This document shows positions 38,801 to 53,800 of a stretch of DNA of 64,000 nucleotides, piece by piece. Where the stretch lies: assembly GCA_046563655.1 (NCBI GenBank), contig CM102290.1:2666001-2730000 (forward strand), given 5' to 3'. The position numbers and the translations under genes are program-made. Origin of the DNA: Yuukianura sp. NJ FZ-2021 (lineage: Eukaryota). The notes below the pieces were generated by a model. That model was not told where the DNA came from. It saw only the letters and a program-made list of their open reading frames with translations, and searched no databases. Position 1 is the stretch's first letter, and every line of letters starts with the position of its first letter.

Positions 38801-41800
38801 TTTGGTGGATTTTACGCAACAGAAACAAATCTGGACAAACTGGCTGCAGAAGTAAGATCACTTTTTTTTTGAAAACTAAACTTTTTCCCTCCCACTACCA
38901 AAAACTTTTCGCAAAAGATTTTTCCCTTAGTTTTTTTGACTTTTTACTAAGTTTGGGAACAAGCTATTCGTAGGTTTCTCTTCGTCTTTCGTGGGCGAAA
39001 GTGAAAGTGACAGTCGCAGTTCCAAAAAAAATTGTATAGTTAGTCCTAGCTCTGTGAATTTCACCACATTGGGAAAACAACGTTTAAAAAGTGGATTCCA
39101 CGTAGTAGAATTCCACGTTGTGCGAAACGTATCTGCAGGGGATCATTTAACCGGAAGACCGCTGGAAGTCCTGTCAGTTGAATAAGATTCAGTATAAAGT
39201 CTACGTAAGAGTCAGTACTCATCAGGAAGAACTGAATGCCGGAGGGTTTCGGGCCAAAGTATGGCTTGGTCCATAACACAATGACTGCGAGACACAAAAA
39301 AGTACGGTTACGCTCAAGTGGTTCGCTGAACAACTACTTAAATTGACTAACTCTTCAAGTTTACTTTCACCAACAAATAAAAATCTTCGCTTCACGTTAA
39401 GTCACTTAAGACTAACCCCACCGTTCAGAATAAAGTGACGTGTTTCGGGTTCCATGCCATTTCATGAATTACACCGAAACAAATTTTCCCGAATGAATTT
39501 CGCCGAAACCAACTAACTAAATTTGAAATACCACGATGCGAATTACAAAGAAAGTCGAATTACAGTGAAATAGATACTGCAGGCAAAATCTAAGCTAACC
39601 AAAAACATGTAGTCACTATTGTCCAGTAAATAAGTAACACCGCGCCTTCGGCGCGGAAAAATAGAAGTACACTCACCGAATGAAACAGCATGGACATGAA
39701 ACTGGTAACCTTCTATATCTCTTTCGTTGAATTACAACTTTCATTGTAGTAATTTACTTGCGCTGTGATTTGTTATAATTCGAATTTTGTTATTCGCTTT
39801 CTGGTAATTCAATTTTCGTTGTAATTGGGTTCAGGGAAATTCATTCGGAGAAATTCATTCAGTTGTAATTCATTCGATGAAATGACGTGCTACCCTCTGG
39901 ACGTTAACCTCCTGACTCTGTGAATTGGGTTTTAAGTTGGTTAGGGTTGATTAGGAGCTTTTGTTTTGACTAGGGAAGTAGAGAGAGAGAGAAAGTATGG
40001 TGAAAGTCAATGCCAATTAATTGAATGAGGAGGAGGATGTAAAGTAGTTAGGAAGTTGATTTGAAAGCTGCAGGAGGACAACAAGGGCGTGGAGCCCTGT
40101 CAGAGTCTCTTTGGCCAAAGTGTCCAAAGTCCTTCTGGAGGCTCGATTTGTCTAAAGTGAAAGTCAAGATGTATTAGTCTCTTGGAGGACAAGGGCTAGG
40201 AGAAAGTTAGTGTGGGTTAGGTAATGAAGCCAGGAGCAGTCGAGTGTCTTCCTGTCATCCTTCCTTTACTTTTAGACATTCGCTAAAGACAAGAAAAGGG
40301 AGCATACCTTATGGTAGTCATTGCTAATTGCTTTTCCATTGTCTTTTCCCTTCGTCGCTGTTTTTAGGTGGGAGAGGCGTGTCAGTTCAAAGTAAACCCT
40401 ACGTACGCCGTCGTGTCGTCCTCCATCTCCTTCTGGATACCTGCCATCGTCATGATCATCACCTACTTAAGAATCTATCGAGAGGCCGTTCAGCAAGAAC
40501 ACATCCTCTACCGGTAAGAAACTCTAAATCAACTTTCTCTTTTGCACTTAACACACTATGGCAGCCACCTAATGAAGACTTCACAGCTTCTTCCAGGAAG
40601 GGCTCCACGACTCCACTTTGTTATGGTGGCTCCTAGAGTATTTCCAATTAGGACGGACATAATGCCTGACAGTTTAGTTGACGAGGCTTTAGCCTAACCT
40701 CCTTCCGTCGTCTAAATTATATCATCCATTAGATTCTGTTTGCTCATCACTCCTACCTCAACCAACTACCAATTTAAAGACAATCCAATCAGCTCTTTCT
40801 CCAACTCCAATTCAAAAGCTACCGCTTTTCACTTTCCAGAGATAACAGCTCAACTGCTTACCTAAACTAACATGGCTCTGCACTTTTTTTTTAAAACTTA
40901 GAACACATAACATAGTCAATCACAAAAGAAAAGAAACCCGTTTTGTGCCTACTGGCAAATCGTTTCATGTCAGGTAGAATTCTGCTGTGCTGACTTTTCT
41001 CTTTAGCATCTCCACGTTCCTGGTCAAATGATGCCGAGATTTTTTTTTAGATTGTATAAACACTGGAATTCAAAAAATAAAAGCTCGAGGAGATTTTGGT
41101 CGTTTCCACGGGAGGTAAATCCTATTTGAAAAGAAAAATCAGCGCTGCGCCTTAGAATCACTGCTCTAACGCGTACTAAAACTCGGCTGTGTCCTAAATC
41201 CTTGTGTCAATGTCTCCGAGAATGAAAGTCTGTCGTCGTCATGTGGCGGTAGTATTGTGTCTGTGTGCCGTGTATAAAGTCAATTTCCCAAGGCCGACTA
41301 GGCTCTACACAACGATTAATAATTAATTCCAATCATCTTTATTGATTGAAACACTTTAGTATTCGTCATGGTTTGAACGCTCAAGTTCACATAAAAGCTC
41401 TCTTTTGTCAGACTCTGTCATGTGCAAACCTTGGCCTAGTTATTCAATTTTAGAAAAAGAAAAACAAGGTTGGCATTTAGTAAAATTTCACAACAGCAAA
41501 GCCGCAGAGGTCTTGTTGGTGATTTCAATTATGGTTACTGCAAAAGTAGCTTTTCATACTCTAAACCAAAAGCAAGACTTCCGAAACAAAAAACTTTTTT
41601 TTTTATGAAATTTTGGTACCTTTGCTACAAAGTTTCGAAAATGACAGAAAGTCGTCTCCGCAGTTTATGAATGGAAGACTTTGCCGAACTCTCTGGTTGG
41701 AAAGCGGTTCATTTCCTTTATAAAACAGGAAAAGTTCTTCTTCCGCTCGGCTATATTTAAGAAGTCAAAAGACTTTTTAAGACTAAGACCAAATGCTTAA

Positions 41801-44800
41801 ATAACAGGAAAAGAGTAAATTAGTCTAGTGCAAACAGCTTTTTAATCAAGATCCCAGAGGGAGATTAGACGGAGAAAAGTAAGCAGAAGGGACCCGGTGT
41901 GGCCCCTGTTTTCTTCTCAACCGGAAGAATCCCTCTTACATCGCTTTTGCTTCAAGGGCCCCCCTCTCCCTCCCCTCTCTTCAAAAACAAACAACTTATG
42001 AAACCCTTATGGAAAATATGTTCGTTTCTCAATATCCTTATACAGCGGCTTCTTCCTTCCGCAGAGAAAGTAGGCGAAAACGAAAGCCAACTTTCTCTTA
42101 TTGACTTCAATTTGCATGAGTTTCATTCGCGTTCCTGCAGCAGGAAAGACAGAAACTGAGGCAGCAGATATGACTTCAGTAAGAACTAAACCTAACTGCA
42201 CTATGTGAACTGTTGTCTGTTTGCCAAAGGACTTTTGGACTCCTGCTTAACACTTTCATGATGAAGTGACAGAATCAGACTTCGTCCCCAGAGTCCAACT
42301 CCATTTCTCCATGATCTCTGCCTTCAAATCTTTCTAACCCACCTCCTGTCTTTTCCGCCCTCAGTTTCTGGTGGGACATTTCAAAGCGCAATGAAGGAAG
42401 AGAAAGAAGCAGAAAAAAATACAACCGGAAACTGCTTTCTTTTTGCTTTCCATACAAGAAGTCTAAAAAACGACAGAAAACTTAAAGTTTTCCTTTTTAC
42501 CGAGCTTAAAGAAAGTCAAAACTAAAAAGAAAAAGACGTCCAAATGGAGAGTTTATGTGTGCAAAAGACATTTCTCAGCTTTCTGAGGAAGGATATTCAT
42601 AATTTAGAGAAAGGTAAAAGGAGAGTCACATGGCAGTTTTTTTTTTTAAATTCAAAACTCCAGAAGCAGCGTCTGGCACAATTTTGTCCAAGAAAGAGAA
42701 AATTCCGTTTTTCAGCGTCATGAATTTGGAGACTTCGGGAGTTCCTGGCATTCATTCGCTCTCCCCCAAGCAGCAGCAGTTCCTCTGGCTAGCACTACTT
42801 GTGTATAAGCATAGTTACTCCCTCCGCCTTTTCTCATGGAAGAAAAGTTTAAAAAGTCCAATCATCTCTCACAAGACCTCGTCTCCCTTATTCTTCGAAT
42901 TTACTTTTTTCCAGGAAAAGACAACTTCAAAAACTTCGTTCGAAATTGACTTCAAAGATTGGAAATCCGAGGCTTCTTCATCTGTCTCTCTCTCTCTAAG
43001 AGAGAAAGCCTCCCTTGTCAGAAATGTCATTTGAAAGTGTCATCTTCACAGAAGAACTTGAAAATGAAACAATAGTTTTCCTAACTTCGAGGAAGCTTTG
43101 ATGCTGCATATTAACAGTGAATGACTAAAGTTTCCAAAGTACAAAAGCCTTTCCCTCTCGAATTAGAACTCATAATTGGTTGACGTACAGATGCAGAAGC
43201 AGGAATAATTGCAAAGGTATGGCTAGACTGGTCTCATTTTAGTTATGTTCTGGACACATCGAAACTATTGATACTGGAAGACTAGGTTGGGATATTGGTT
43301 CCAGTTTCATTAAATCCTTCCTCCATCATCCTCCTCTTCTGTCACTGGAGCGAGGCGTCTCGAGACGACGGTTGAAGCTGCGGCTTTGGTTGACTGCGTA
43401 GCCTGATTGGACTTTTCTCCAAAAGGAAATTCCCATCTTCTGCTTCACTTTCCCCACTGACTTCCACAATAACATTTAGAGACACTCAACTGACGACAAC
43501 ATCACATTCACGACGCTTCTCTAGCACTACCGAAAAGAACCGCCAACTTTTAAAGTCTTCAACGGTCCACTTGTTCGCGGAATTCTAACAAAACGCTTCG
43601 TTCGATATTCAAATCTCCCTCCAAGAAAGGGATATCCTTTCCCTTCAAATTATCCCGCAATTTTGAGTCAATGGAAACCACACGGCCTCTTGTTCTAAAT
43701 GTACAGTATGGTTACTAACTTAATTACAATTTCACATTTCCTGATGAACTACAACATGAGTCAGCAAATTCCGATTCTACACCACACATGCGGTTTCAGA
43801 CAAAAACCACAATCTACGAGATCTGTTCATTAGATTCAAGGAAGAAGGAAACAATTTCTAAAATTTTGAATTAAAATAGTTTGTTATCTTCAAAACGTTT
43901 TACATTTTCATTTTTTTCCAAACAAAAATGTAGTAATTGGCGTCAGTTTTTACGAACTATCTGTTTCTGTTTAAAATTTTCAAAAATGGTTTCAATATTG
44001 TCTGGAAATTAGGTTTTTTGTTTAAAAAAAATGTTTAAACGCAACGACATCTCAATGACGGCGTTCTATACAAAAGTGAAGGTAAAAAAGTTGACCGACT
44101 CTTCTAAAAAAAAAACGAAAAAAAAAGTATATAGCATTTGATAGGAACGGAAAACGAGTAGTCGCGTGTTTTAAATTTTGGAAACAAAGTTAAATTGCCT
44201 GTTGAAGGGAAACGCGTTCCTTCGTTTGCTCTGGGACTATTAATTATTGTTATGTAGAAATATACATTTTTGAGGGTTTGAATAATTAGTAAAGTAGAAC
44301 AAGAAAGCTGCGGAGCTCCTTTGCTTTCTCTCTATTTTAGTTTCAGCCCTGAGGGACTTCATTCAACACGAAAAGTACCCACAAACTATCCCGCCTTTTC
44401 CTCCAGCTCTAATTTCTAATTAATACTAATCAACACTACCGTTTCAACAAAAAGTTACATCTTCGCTTTCACCAATCCTACTTGCAAGCACTAGCACATA
44501 AAAACTTTCTTCTTTGAAAACCACCAAATACCTTTGTTTATCTACCCAAAACCAACAAAATAAATTCTACGGAGTGAAACCGTGTAAACAGATCAGTTTG
44601 TTCTCAACTTCTTAACTTATTTACGAAACAAATCGACCAATCACATGGACACAAAAACACAACTTTCACATCCAACAAAATTTTTTTTAACTCCATTTTC
44701 CCAATTCCAAACTTGGAAACTTTCCTTTTTCTAAAAAAAAAGAAAAAAAAACAGACTAGAAATTGACAGATTTCTACCAACTTTTGTTAACTGGAGAAAG

Positions 44801-47800
44801 TTCAACTGCTTCCGCCTTTCCTACAAAAAAGGAGAAAAAAAAAGTTTTGTTGGGCTGAAGGACTTTTTCCGCGTCCTGATTAACGTGTTTTTTTTTATTT
44901 TTCGTAAAGTGAAGAACTCAAATCGGAAGACAATAGGATTGATGGGAGGACTTAAAGGGCTCTTTCGACGCACTTTAAGTCCTCTTACTTCAACAACGGA
45001 AGTTTCCCTTGTGTGTTAATACTACAACCCTGCTTTTCTGTCATCATTCCCAGCACTTTCTCTTCTGGATTCACTCAATTGGAACTAGCCCTTCGACCAC
45101 TTCACTTCCCCCTTCATAGTCCTTCGTGCCTCATATTCTATCTACTAGAAAGTAAAACCTATGTATAAGAAAGTAAGCGAATCCTGTATGATGATAGTTA
45201 GGACACAATGGGCGACATGAGACATGTTTCCACGTCCAAAAAGGACGACTCGTGCCAAGAGAATAGGAACTGATGATGATGATGAGAATGTGCCTTTTGA
45301 AGTTGGCAAAATTGGAAAGGAATACTAGGAAAAACATGGATTTATAAATAGAATTTGAATTTATCCGCCTTCTTCTTCCTTTTACTCTAAACGACACAGA
45401 ACATACTCCACATCATCAAATCCTTCCTCCTAACATGCTTCTCTATTAAAGAAAATGAGCTACCGAAAGCAATTCTAAACTCAAAGTAACCGAAAACATC
45501 ACAATTTACGTGGATTTTAGGATAAGGAGATCAAAATTTTCAAAACAAAATTTTCCTTGCGTTTTCAAAGGTTCCGAAACATAAGTTTCGTGCTAAACTG
45601 CCCAAATCCGTGCCTACTCTATTTATCCAAATAACATTTTAGTATAAGTTGTGTATAATTTTTGGAAACTTTTCATGTTTTTTTTCCCTTACGTTCTGCT
45701 CCAACCGCTCCTAAAACATTTTGACTTTGTTTAAGTCTGTAAAGTTCAAAAAATGAAAACATTTTGAGTCAACTTTCTCTTTTCTACTTTGACTATTTTT
45801 CTTTCCCCTTCAGAAAAATACTGAAAATGGACTTCCTAATTCGACTATATTTTTTTAAAGTTTAGTCCAATCTTATTCCCAGTTCTGTCATGTCTCGATC
45901 ATTCAACTATTCAAAAATTCATGGAGATGAGGGGGCTCAGATGTGTGAAAGTCTGTTGGAAAAAGGCATACTACTACACAGAAGAGACAAGCTGTAATGT
46001 TACGTTGGATGCCACTAAAGAAAGAATTCTTCGCCACAAGACAAGTCCCTAGACTCCTTGGCTGGCAAATAGTTACGACTTTGAGTACTTGTTTGAATTT
46101 TTAGTTCAACTCAAAAACTATTTTATTCCGACGGCTAAATATACTCCCAAATCTCCAGCAACATTCCACTTCAAACTGACTCGTTTTGCATGTGCAGTGA
46201 ACCAGGACTTTACAAAGTTGACACAAAAAAAGTGATCTTCGTAATGAAAAATTGTGAAAAGTGAAGTACACTTTTGCGCCGCCCCTTGAGCAAGTCTAGC
46301 TTCTTCCTTGTTGAGCTATTTCCAGCATTCGCGAGTACACTGTTTGTCTTCCTCTTTCATGCTGGATTGAAGGAGCGACCAGATTAAAGTCCCGGGAAGT
46401 ATACATGTATAACCAAGCCTAACCTGTGAAGTTTCTAGAGGTGCCATTTGAACGACTTCTGGATTGTCATTGCCCTCTGGCCTTTGAAGATACCCGGTAA
46501 AAGACCTCCTTCTTGTCAATTAATATTAATGAAATCTACTCCAATGACTTGCCGCACCCGGACCTAACCTCTGCCTACGTTTCGGCTGTTTGGTTGGCAA
46601 AAGAAAAGCTGAGCTTAGGCCTATCCTGATTTAAGTCCTCGGTTAGGTTACAGAGAATTATTTCTGGAAGGTGAGCGAGGAGAGCTTTCATTACTATTCG
46701 TCGAGTCCTTGGCCGTAACAGCTCAAATTCTACACTTCCATGGTTACGCAACCACTGCCTAGGTGAGGGATGCGACGGCGGAGGCTCGTGGAAGTCTTAA
46801 GACCGAATTGCGGCCTTAGCACTTTCTCAAAGGCATAACAGGCTCAATCTCATCTCACTTTTAATTAGATCATCTTCTAGGACGAGCTTCTAGTTCGCTA
46901 GGTTAGGTTTTAGTTCTAGTAGCAAAGTCACTCGGTGTGCGTCGACGCTATATTGTTTAACAGACTTGGCCTCACAATTTGTCTCTCCTCAGCCCTCCAG
47001 GGAACAATAACAAATGGAAGAAGGACTGTCTTGCCTAATCTACAGCATCATATCCCTCAATTACCATCCCAATTCACCATTCAATTAATGTCGACCCACT
47101 TCACAATTCAAATTCACACCAAAATCATTCAATTTCTCAGTTTTCAAAAAATCAGTTCCAAAATTATTGGCACATGTTTTCCAAGAAGCAAGAAAAAACT
47201 GTATCCTTTAAAAAAAAAGTTTGGTTTAGCAGAGCACAAAGTAAAAAAAAATGTTTCAGAGAAAGAGAAAGTTTCGCTTTTCTCTCTTTTTGCAAATTAC
47301 TGTAATCCGAAGTATTAAAAATTTGTTTCCCAATTCCCTCTCATTCATGTTCTCCAACTCCTGAACTTTGAACAGCCTCCTTGTGAATTTCCAACACTGC
47401 ATTTCTCAGAAACAACATACTGTTGAACATTACATTGAAATGTAAATGGCAAGAGACAGCGTACAAAATATTATGAGCCTTGTCGTTTTCCGTGTCTGTT
47501 TGTCTCATACAAAAAGAAAGTGCTACTGAGCATTTGACATTTTCCAAAAGCTTCTCCTTCCCATTTTCTCTTTCGCGTGGCTCACCTTTCCTCCTGCTAC
47601 TTCAGTTTGTTTCATTAGTCGTATCATTTTCAAGATCAGAAACGTGTGAGTGTTCAGAACAACTTAAATGGTCTACGTGCAACTTTAACTTTCTCCGCCC
47701 ACTTTTAAACAACAAAGTGGATCTGAATTTTGGCAACTGAGCAGGCCCAGTTCATCAAAACGGGCACTTAACTGCACTTCTTTTGTTAAAAAGAAACGGA

Positions 47801-50800
47801 AAAGCATCGTTTAAGTGTAGGACGTCCTTCGAAAAAGTAAAAACAAAATGAATCCCAAAACAAACCTACGCTTTTCCCTTGTTTTGCTTCTTATTCAGCG
47901 TCTAGTACTACCAAAAAGAGAAGCATCAACATAAGGCACATTTATTTTATTCACGACAAGGACCTAAGCAAAAAAGAAAACGTTGATGAACAAGTATCGA
48001 AAGTTGTGAGAAAGGAAACAGACCAGAGAAACGTCGATTTCAAAAAAAAAATATTTCGATTTTGGAAAAACTGTTTTAAAATTCCAGAACTTCATCCTAC
48101 CTTTTAGTCCTAGTTCGAGTATTACCACAACAATCGATACCTTCACAGTTCACTTTCATTCTTTTGTGGCTTTTTTAACGCTTGAATAAAAAAAAGTTAT
48201 AGGAAATAGACTTTTTGACAAAGAAGAAGGAATTGATTGAATCATTCCATTTTGTCCGTCTATCAAAACCAAGGTGAAGACATGTTTCTACCGCCTCCTC
48301 CTCCTACGTACTACTAGTAGTAATAGTGCTGGTTCTACAAATAGGACTTTCTTTTCATCTTGTTCAAAACTCAATTCCAAGGAGAAAGTTGCGGGAAGAA
48401 AGTAAAAAGGAACTAATTTATTCAGAAGCCTCTCCATAACGCATCTCGAAAGCTCCAACCCCAAAAGATGGACGTCCCTATGTTCCTTTCAAAGTTACTT
48501 CCTCTAAAAAAGAAGTGAAAAAAGAAGAAGAAAACTCTCAAGTTCCAATTGAACATACAATTCCACTTCGTCTTCTGCTTGTTGCTGTCTGTTAAACTTA
48601 TGTATGCGTAGGCGAATCGAAATGTTGTTAGAGACAAACAGCTACAGATGCACAAAAACAACCCAGAAACCTAAATTATAAATCCCACACGCAACCAACA
48701 AATTCAGTTCAAATTAAACGTCAACCCTCCCAAAACTTTTCTGTCTTTTTACTCTAGGAATTCAGAAAGATAAACGCTTTTCTTTTCTTTACACAAACTT
48801 AAAAAAATACACACAAAAAAGTTTGTTCCGTCATTTGCTTTCACTTTCTAGAAGAAAAACAAATTCTGTACCACAAAACCTTGGGTTCAAAATTTCTTTC
48901 GAATGTGTAAACTAGGTTTCAAAATTCTTTAAAACATTCAGAATTCCACGTGTAAATCGCACAAACAAAAAATTCAGCAAAGTGAACAGGGCAGGTGAGG
49001 AACGTTTTTCAAAAAAATTCAATCAATTCAACACTCAAGTTGTCAGTTTCAAATTCACTAGTTCAGTACAGAAGAAGGACGGGGCTAAAATTAGGTTCAA
49101 TTTCAGGAGAGTATTCAAGTGGAAAATCTTTTCGTAAAGTGAAAACCACTTAAAGAACTACTTTGGTTCCTTGGAAGTTCAATTTGAACAGGAATTCAAA
49201 GAAAGTGCGCAGGATCATGTTGAAGATAATCCAAACTCTAACAAGTTGTCTTGCTCACTTGATGAAATCCGTCACCCTTATCACCAAATCTAAGTGTCAA
49301 TCTCATGTTTGTCACAAGAAACATAAACTTCAAAAAAATCACCTCAAATTTTGTTCTAAAAGATCAGTATTTAGCGGATTGGAGTTTTGCCAAAACAAAC
49401 ACACAGACTTGCTACCCTGTCAACTTTTTCATCACGTCGTCGACAAATGACTTACAAAGTTGAGTTTCTCAGTTACTTTCATCAGGTTTCAAGAGCTCAC
49501 TTTCACCAAACTTTTGTTCATCAAAAAAAAGTTGAAAAAAACGGGCCAGGTAGACTAACTTGAAACGTGGGGGTAAACATTGTTTTTTTTTTAGAAAAAC
49601 AAAGCAAAATAAAGTGAAAACCAGGGAAAGCCTTTTAGTTCAAGTAGAACCAAGTTCAGAAGTTTTGTAAGAACTTGAGAAACCTGAGATTAATGGAAAC
49701 CTAGCCCCCTTTTTTTTTGATTTAGAATGTCATTCTCCGATACCACAAGAAATGTTACCGTGGGACGATGATGGACTGGTTGTTTTATTGATTATTTGTG
49801 CATAATGGAGAGGTTCCATGCGTAGAGACAATGGGATTCATTACGTCAGAAAAAGTCTTGAATTATTTCATGTGTCCTAGAGCCAGAACTATTTTTAGTT
49901 TAGTCGACTAAAAATTGATTAATTTCTCTCTCCGTTTCTTTTTGGGAACAAAAACACAAACTTAGAGAAACCAGACAGCAAAAAAAAAAACAGAAATGAA
50001 AAGTTTATATTATACAATTATAGCCAAAGTCAAAATTAAGTGCTTAGTCTTTTGCGTCTGACTTTGAGCTAAAAAGTTAAACTAAAAGTCCCTAAGCTTT
50101 TCTTTCCGAATAGCCACAGGATGACTAAAGTGCTACTTTCACTTAGGCCGCTTTCACTTTCCGTCACTTCCGCATCACTTTCTTCAAGCTTCGAAAACTT
50201 CCATGAAATCTTAGATTTAAAGCAACTTTGAACCAAGTAAAGAACGGTTTAGGTTTGCCGCAATTAATTGCGGTTTCCACGAAACCCGGCCATTTATCAA
50301 CCAATTTTCAATTAGAAAAAGGCGCCTGGCATTTATGGACTTTTTTCTGCTTCTCTGAACCCATTAATTTTTCTTTTGAATTTTTCCATTTATATTTGCT
50401 CAACTTCAAACCATTCCTGAAAAGAAGCGTGCAAAAAAAGAAAATGCGTTTTGCAAATATGCAAACTGCAACCCAAGTTTTCCTACACTGTAACTTCGGA
50501 AATTCAGTTTAACACTTTGAGGTTGTGTTCTTTTCCAGTCGTAGGAGAATTTCGGACGACTTTTAATTTGCTTGACATTTTAGTAGGTTTTGTTTTAAGT
50601 CAAAAAATTCTCCTTCCTACTTTCCCTTTATTATCATGGGATCCATGAAAGTTTTTCCAGGAAGCGTGTACTTTCGGAATCGTAATACCCTCACCAGCTT
50701 TAGTCGTAGCCTCAGCAGCCTTCAAGCAAACGTCAATTGTGGTTGGGCTGATGGGTGGGTGAAAGGCAAAGGTTTGGCGGCAGAGGTAGAATTCAAACTT

Positions 50801-53800
50801 TTCCCTTTAACAAACGCGGGGAACCAAAAGAGAAGAAAAACCAATAGATTTGGAGTATGGCAGAAATATTTTCTAGCTTTCTCCTCTCCTGGACCCGATT
50901 ATCCGGAAAACATGTTTAGGATTCAGAAGAAGTTTGGGAAGTTCATAAGGTCAGACGAGGAGGTTTACGTGTTAGTACTTTTTAGTTCAAAAAACTTCCT
51001 AGTATTTGATTCTCACCTCTCTAAACCATATCAGCTCAACATCCACACTTTATTCGGACCTCAGTAGATATTTGGCAGTATTTTGTAAATTCTGAATTGA
51101 GGTTCACAGTGATAGAGAAGCGGGAAAGTGGATCTCCCCTTTTGGAATGCGCGGGAATCCAATTCAATTTAAAAGAGTACAGAGGAATTCGAACAAAAAA
51201 GGACTTTCTGGCGGGAAAGCTGCAGAGAAAGTAGTACTGGGGGAGCCGTATGGAAATTTTCTTCAATTATGATCAACCTATAACATTTGGAATTAAATGC
51301 TTACTGAAATACCCGTTTTTACTCAAATCCAACAGCAGCACACCCATTCCAGCTCGGTCTTACTAAAATTGGAAATGGACTAAAAGAGTATTTTAGAATT
51401 CTAAGCCTCGGCAGTAATTCCTTACACGCTCTGATGAAATACCAGAGAGATCTGGAGAGAAAAAATTTCATATTAGGACTTTTCCCTGAGCTTCCAGTTT
51501 GTGTCCTTAATAAAGAAGAAATTGAATTAGACCGTAAGAACTTAAAGCTCCGTTGCTCTACTCACCATTTCATTTCTTCAAAATTCCAGTTCTGCAGATG
51601 CTCAAATGTCTTAGAACTTGTCATTTCTTACCAAAATATTTAATTCACTTCTGCAGAAAAACAAAGTTTACGCAAAAACATATCCATGTGCCCTGTTTTG
51701 GCACGTTTTACGCCTTCGTAACTGTTCCCCTTTGAACAAAAACATTCTAGGAGCCTAGCAAAACGAAAAACCTACACACGTAATTCTTTTTGTTTTTTGA
51801 AATTTTAGAAAAGAAGTGGCAAAAGTAAAACCTAAATTTTCCGTGTCTTGAATTCAGTAAATTGAATCAAACACAATACAAACCTTGGCATTATCGTGTC
51901 ATGACAAAAATCCTTTTGTCCTTCCCACGTGCCTCAGTTTCGATTTCAGTTTCAAAAGTTTTTTTTTAGGAAGCCCTACTTTTTTTATTTTGGAGAAGAA
52001 AGTAAAACCACCACAGTTTTGTTTTTAAGTTTTGCACAAAGAAGTCTCGGAAGTAACTTCTAGTTAAGTTCAAGTGTAGTCGTATGTGTCAAATTTAGTT
52101 TCCATTTGGACAGTCACGTGAATCCAAAACACTTTTTAAGGAGACCTCTGGGAATTCTGTCAGTTTCCTCCAACATGTCTCTCCTCACTGGAACCTTATA
52201 GTCCCTTTGCCATACCCTCTTCTGTGTCCTCTGAAGCAGAACAGGAACAAGTTAACGTTTCTAACACTCAATTTCAATTCCCAAAGACTCCACTGAAGCA
52301 AAGGAAAAAGACTCATTTCCTGGCTCAAAACTTGTACAAAGTTGGAGAAAGGAACTGAACATGGAGGAGCAGAGTGCCTGGATTACAGAGGCCCTGGAAT
52401 TAATTAGAAGGCCTCACAATTTCATTTCCAACGGACACTTTCCCTCAATCTCACTCTTTCTCTCTTTTTGTTTTTACAGGACGAAAGTTGCGGCAGCTCT
52501 TCTCAACAAGCATCTTCAAATTAGCGAAATTCCTATCACAGTACAAAACAATTCCTCCAGTGAGTCAAGTAAGCACCAAATCACTTTTTCACACTCTCTT
52601 TTGCACATGTGTCTGAATGTCACTTAACACACCTGTCTTAGGCTTATTTCCCAATACGGCTCTAAATCCGGATTTCTTGAACCGGATTTATCACCAGATT
52701 TTTGGGTGATGATTCGGATTATAGGAAATCCGGATTTCAAAATTCCCTATCCCGCTTTTCCTTTGTATTTGAGGGAATTGGCAGTAGCAGAAAATTGTAT
52801 TTTCCCGCGCATGCGTATTCCCACTGTAACATATTTAACATCAATAAAGTCCCTTAATGGAGATTATCATGCACCCAAAAATCCGAATCTGAAACTGGAT
52901 TTGGCCATCAGAAATCCGGATAAATCCGCAATCCGGATTTTTGAAAATCGTACGGATTTGACACCCTTTATTCGCTAATCATCGAACTCAAGTCATTCCA
53001 ACTAGATATTCTCCATGTAAACAACAAAAGTCAAAACCTAAAGATTTTCAAAATTACATTTACCAAAGTAAATCTGTCTTTATGTATTTAAATTTCACAA
53101 ATAGAGGAATCCTAATTTCCCAGAAACTATGAAATCTTGTTAAAAATCATAAATTGAAGTTTGCTTCAAAGTTTCGAATGGCGTTAAAACACGAAAACCG
53201 GCCCCCGTCTACCAAGAGGACGTAGAAATTCATAGTCTGGAGTGTCGTGGGAGTGAAAAGACTACAATAGATTTGTATAGGAGACTAGCAGAGCTTTTTC
53301 AACTGTGCGAATTGTGAAGATGTGGGATTTGGTGTGGGGGGTGAGGCCTTTTGTTCCCTAAGGACTCCTAGTGACTCTGGGAGTTTTGTTTGGAATGCAT
53401 CCCAGAGTCACGCTTCAAGGGTCCCCGCTGTGGTCGTTTTCTTTGAAGACAGACACTGCGACCAGGCCTCAGCTCAGCAATTCAGGGCCGCTGTCTCTCC
53501 ATGCAAAGCTATGGAAAAAGCACTTTCCTATGTTAACGTATAAAAGAAGCCGCAAAGTTAAAAAAGAGACTACTACTGTCGAGTTTGGCAAGAAATCAAA
53601 TGAATACATCAAACATTTCTCTTCCTCGGTCGAAACACAAATGCCTCCAAACGGCTTCCCGATCAAAATTTTATTCTATTAAATAACTATAAAATTGGCT
53701 CAAAATTCCAACTTTCCCTTGTATTTTTTGAGTCTGAGGCTTAAAGTCTTTTCCAGTAACCAACTTACTACTTTTTCTCAAAGATAAAAAACCGACAATT

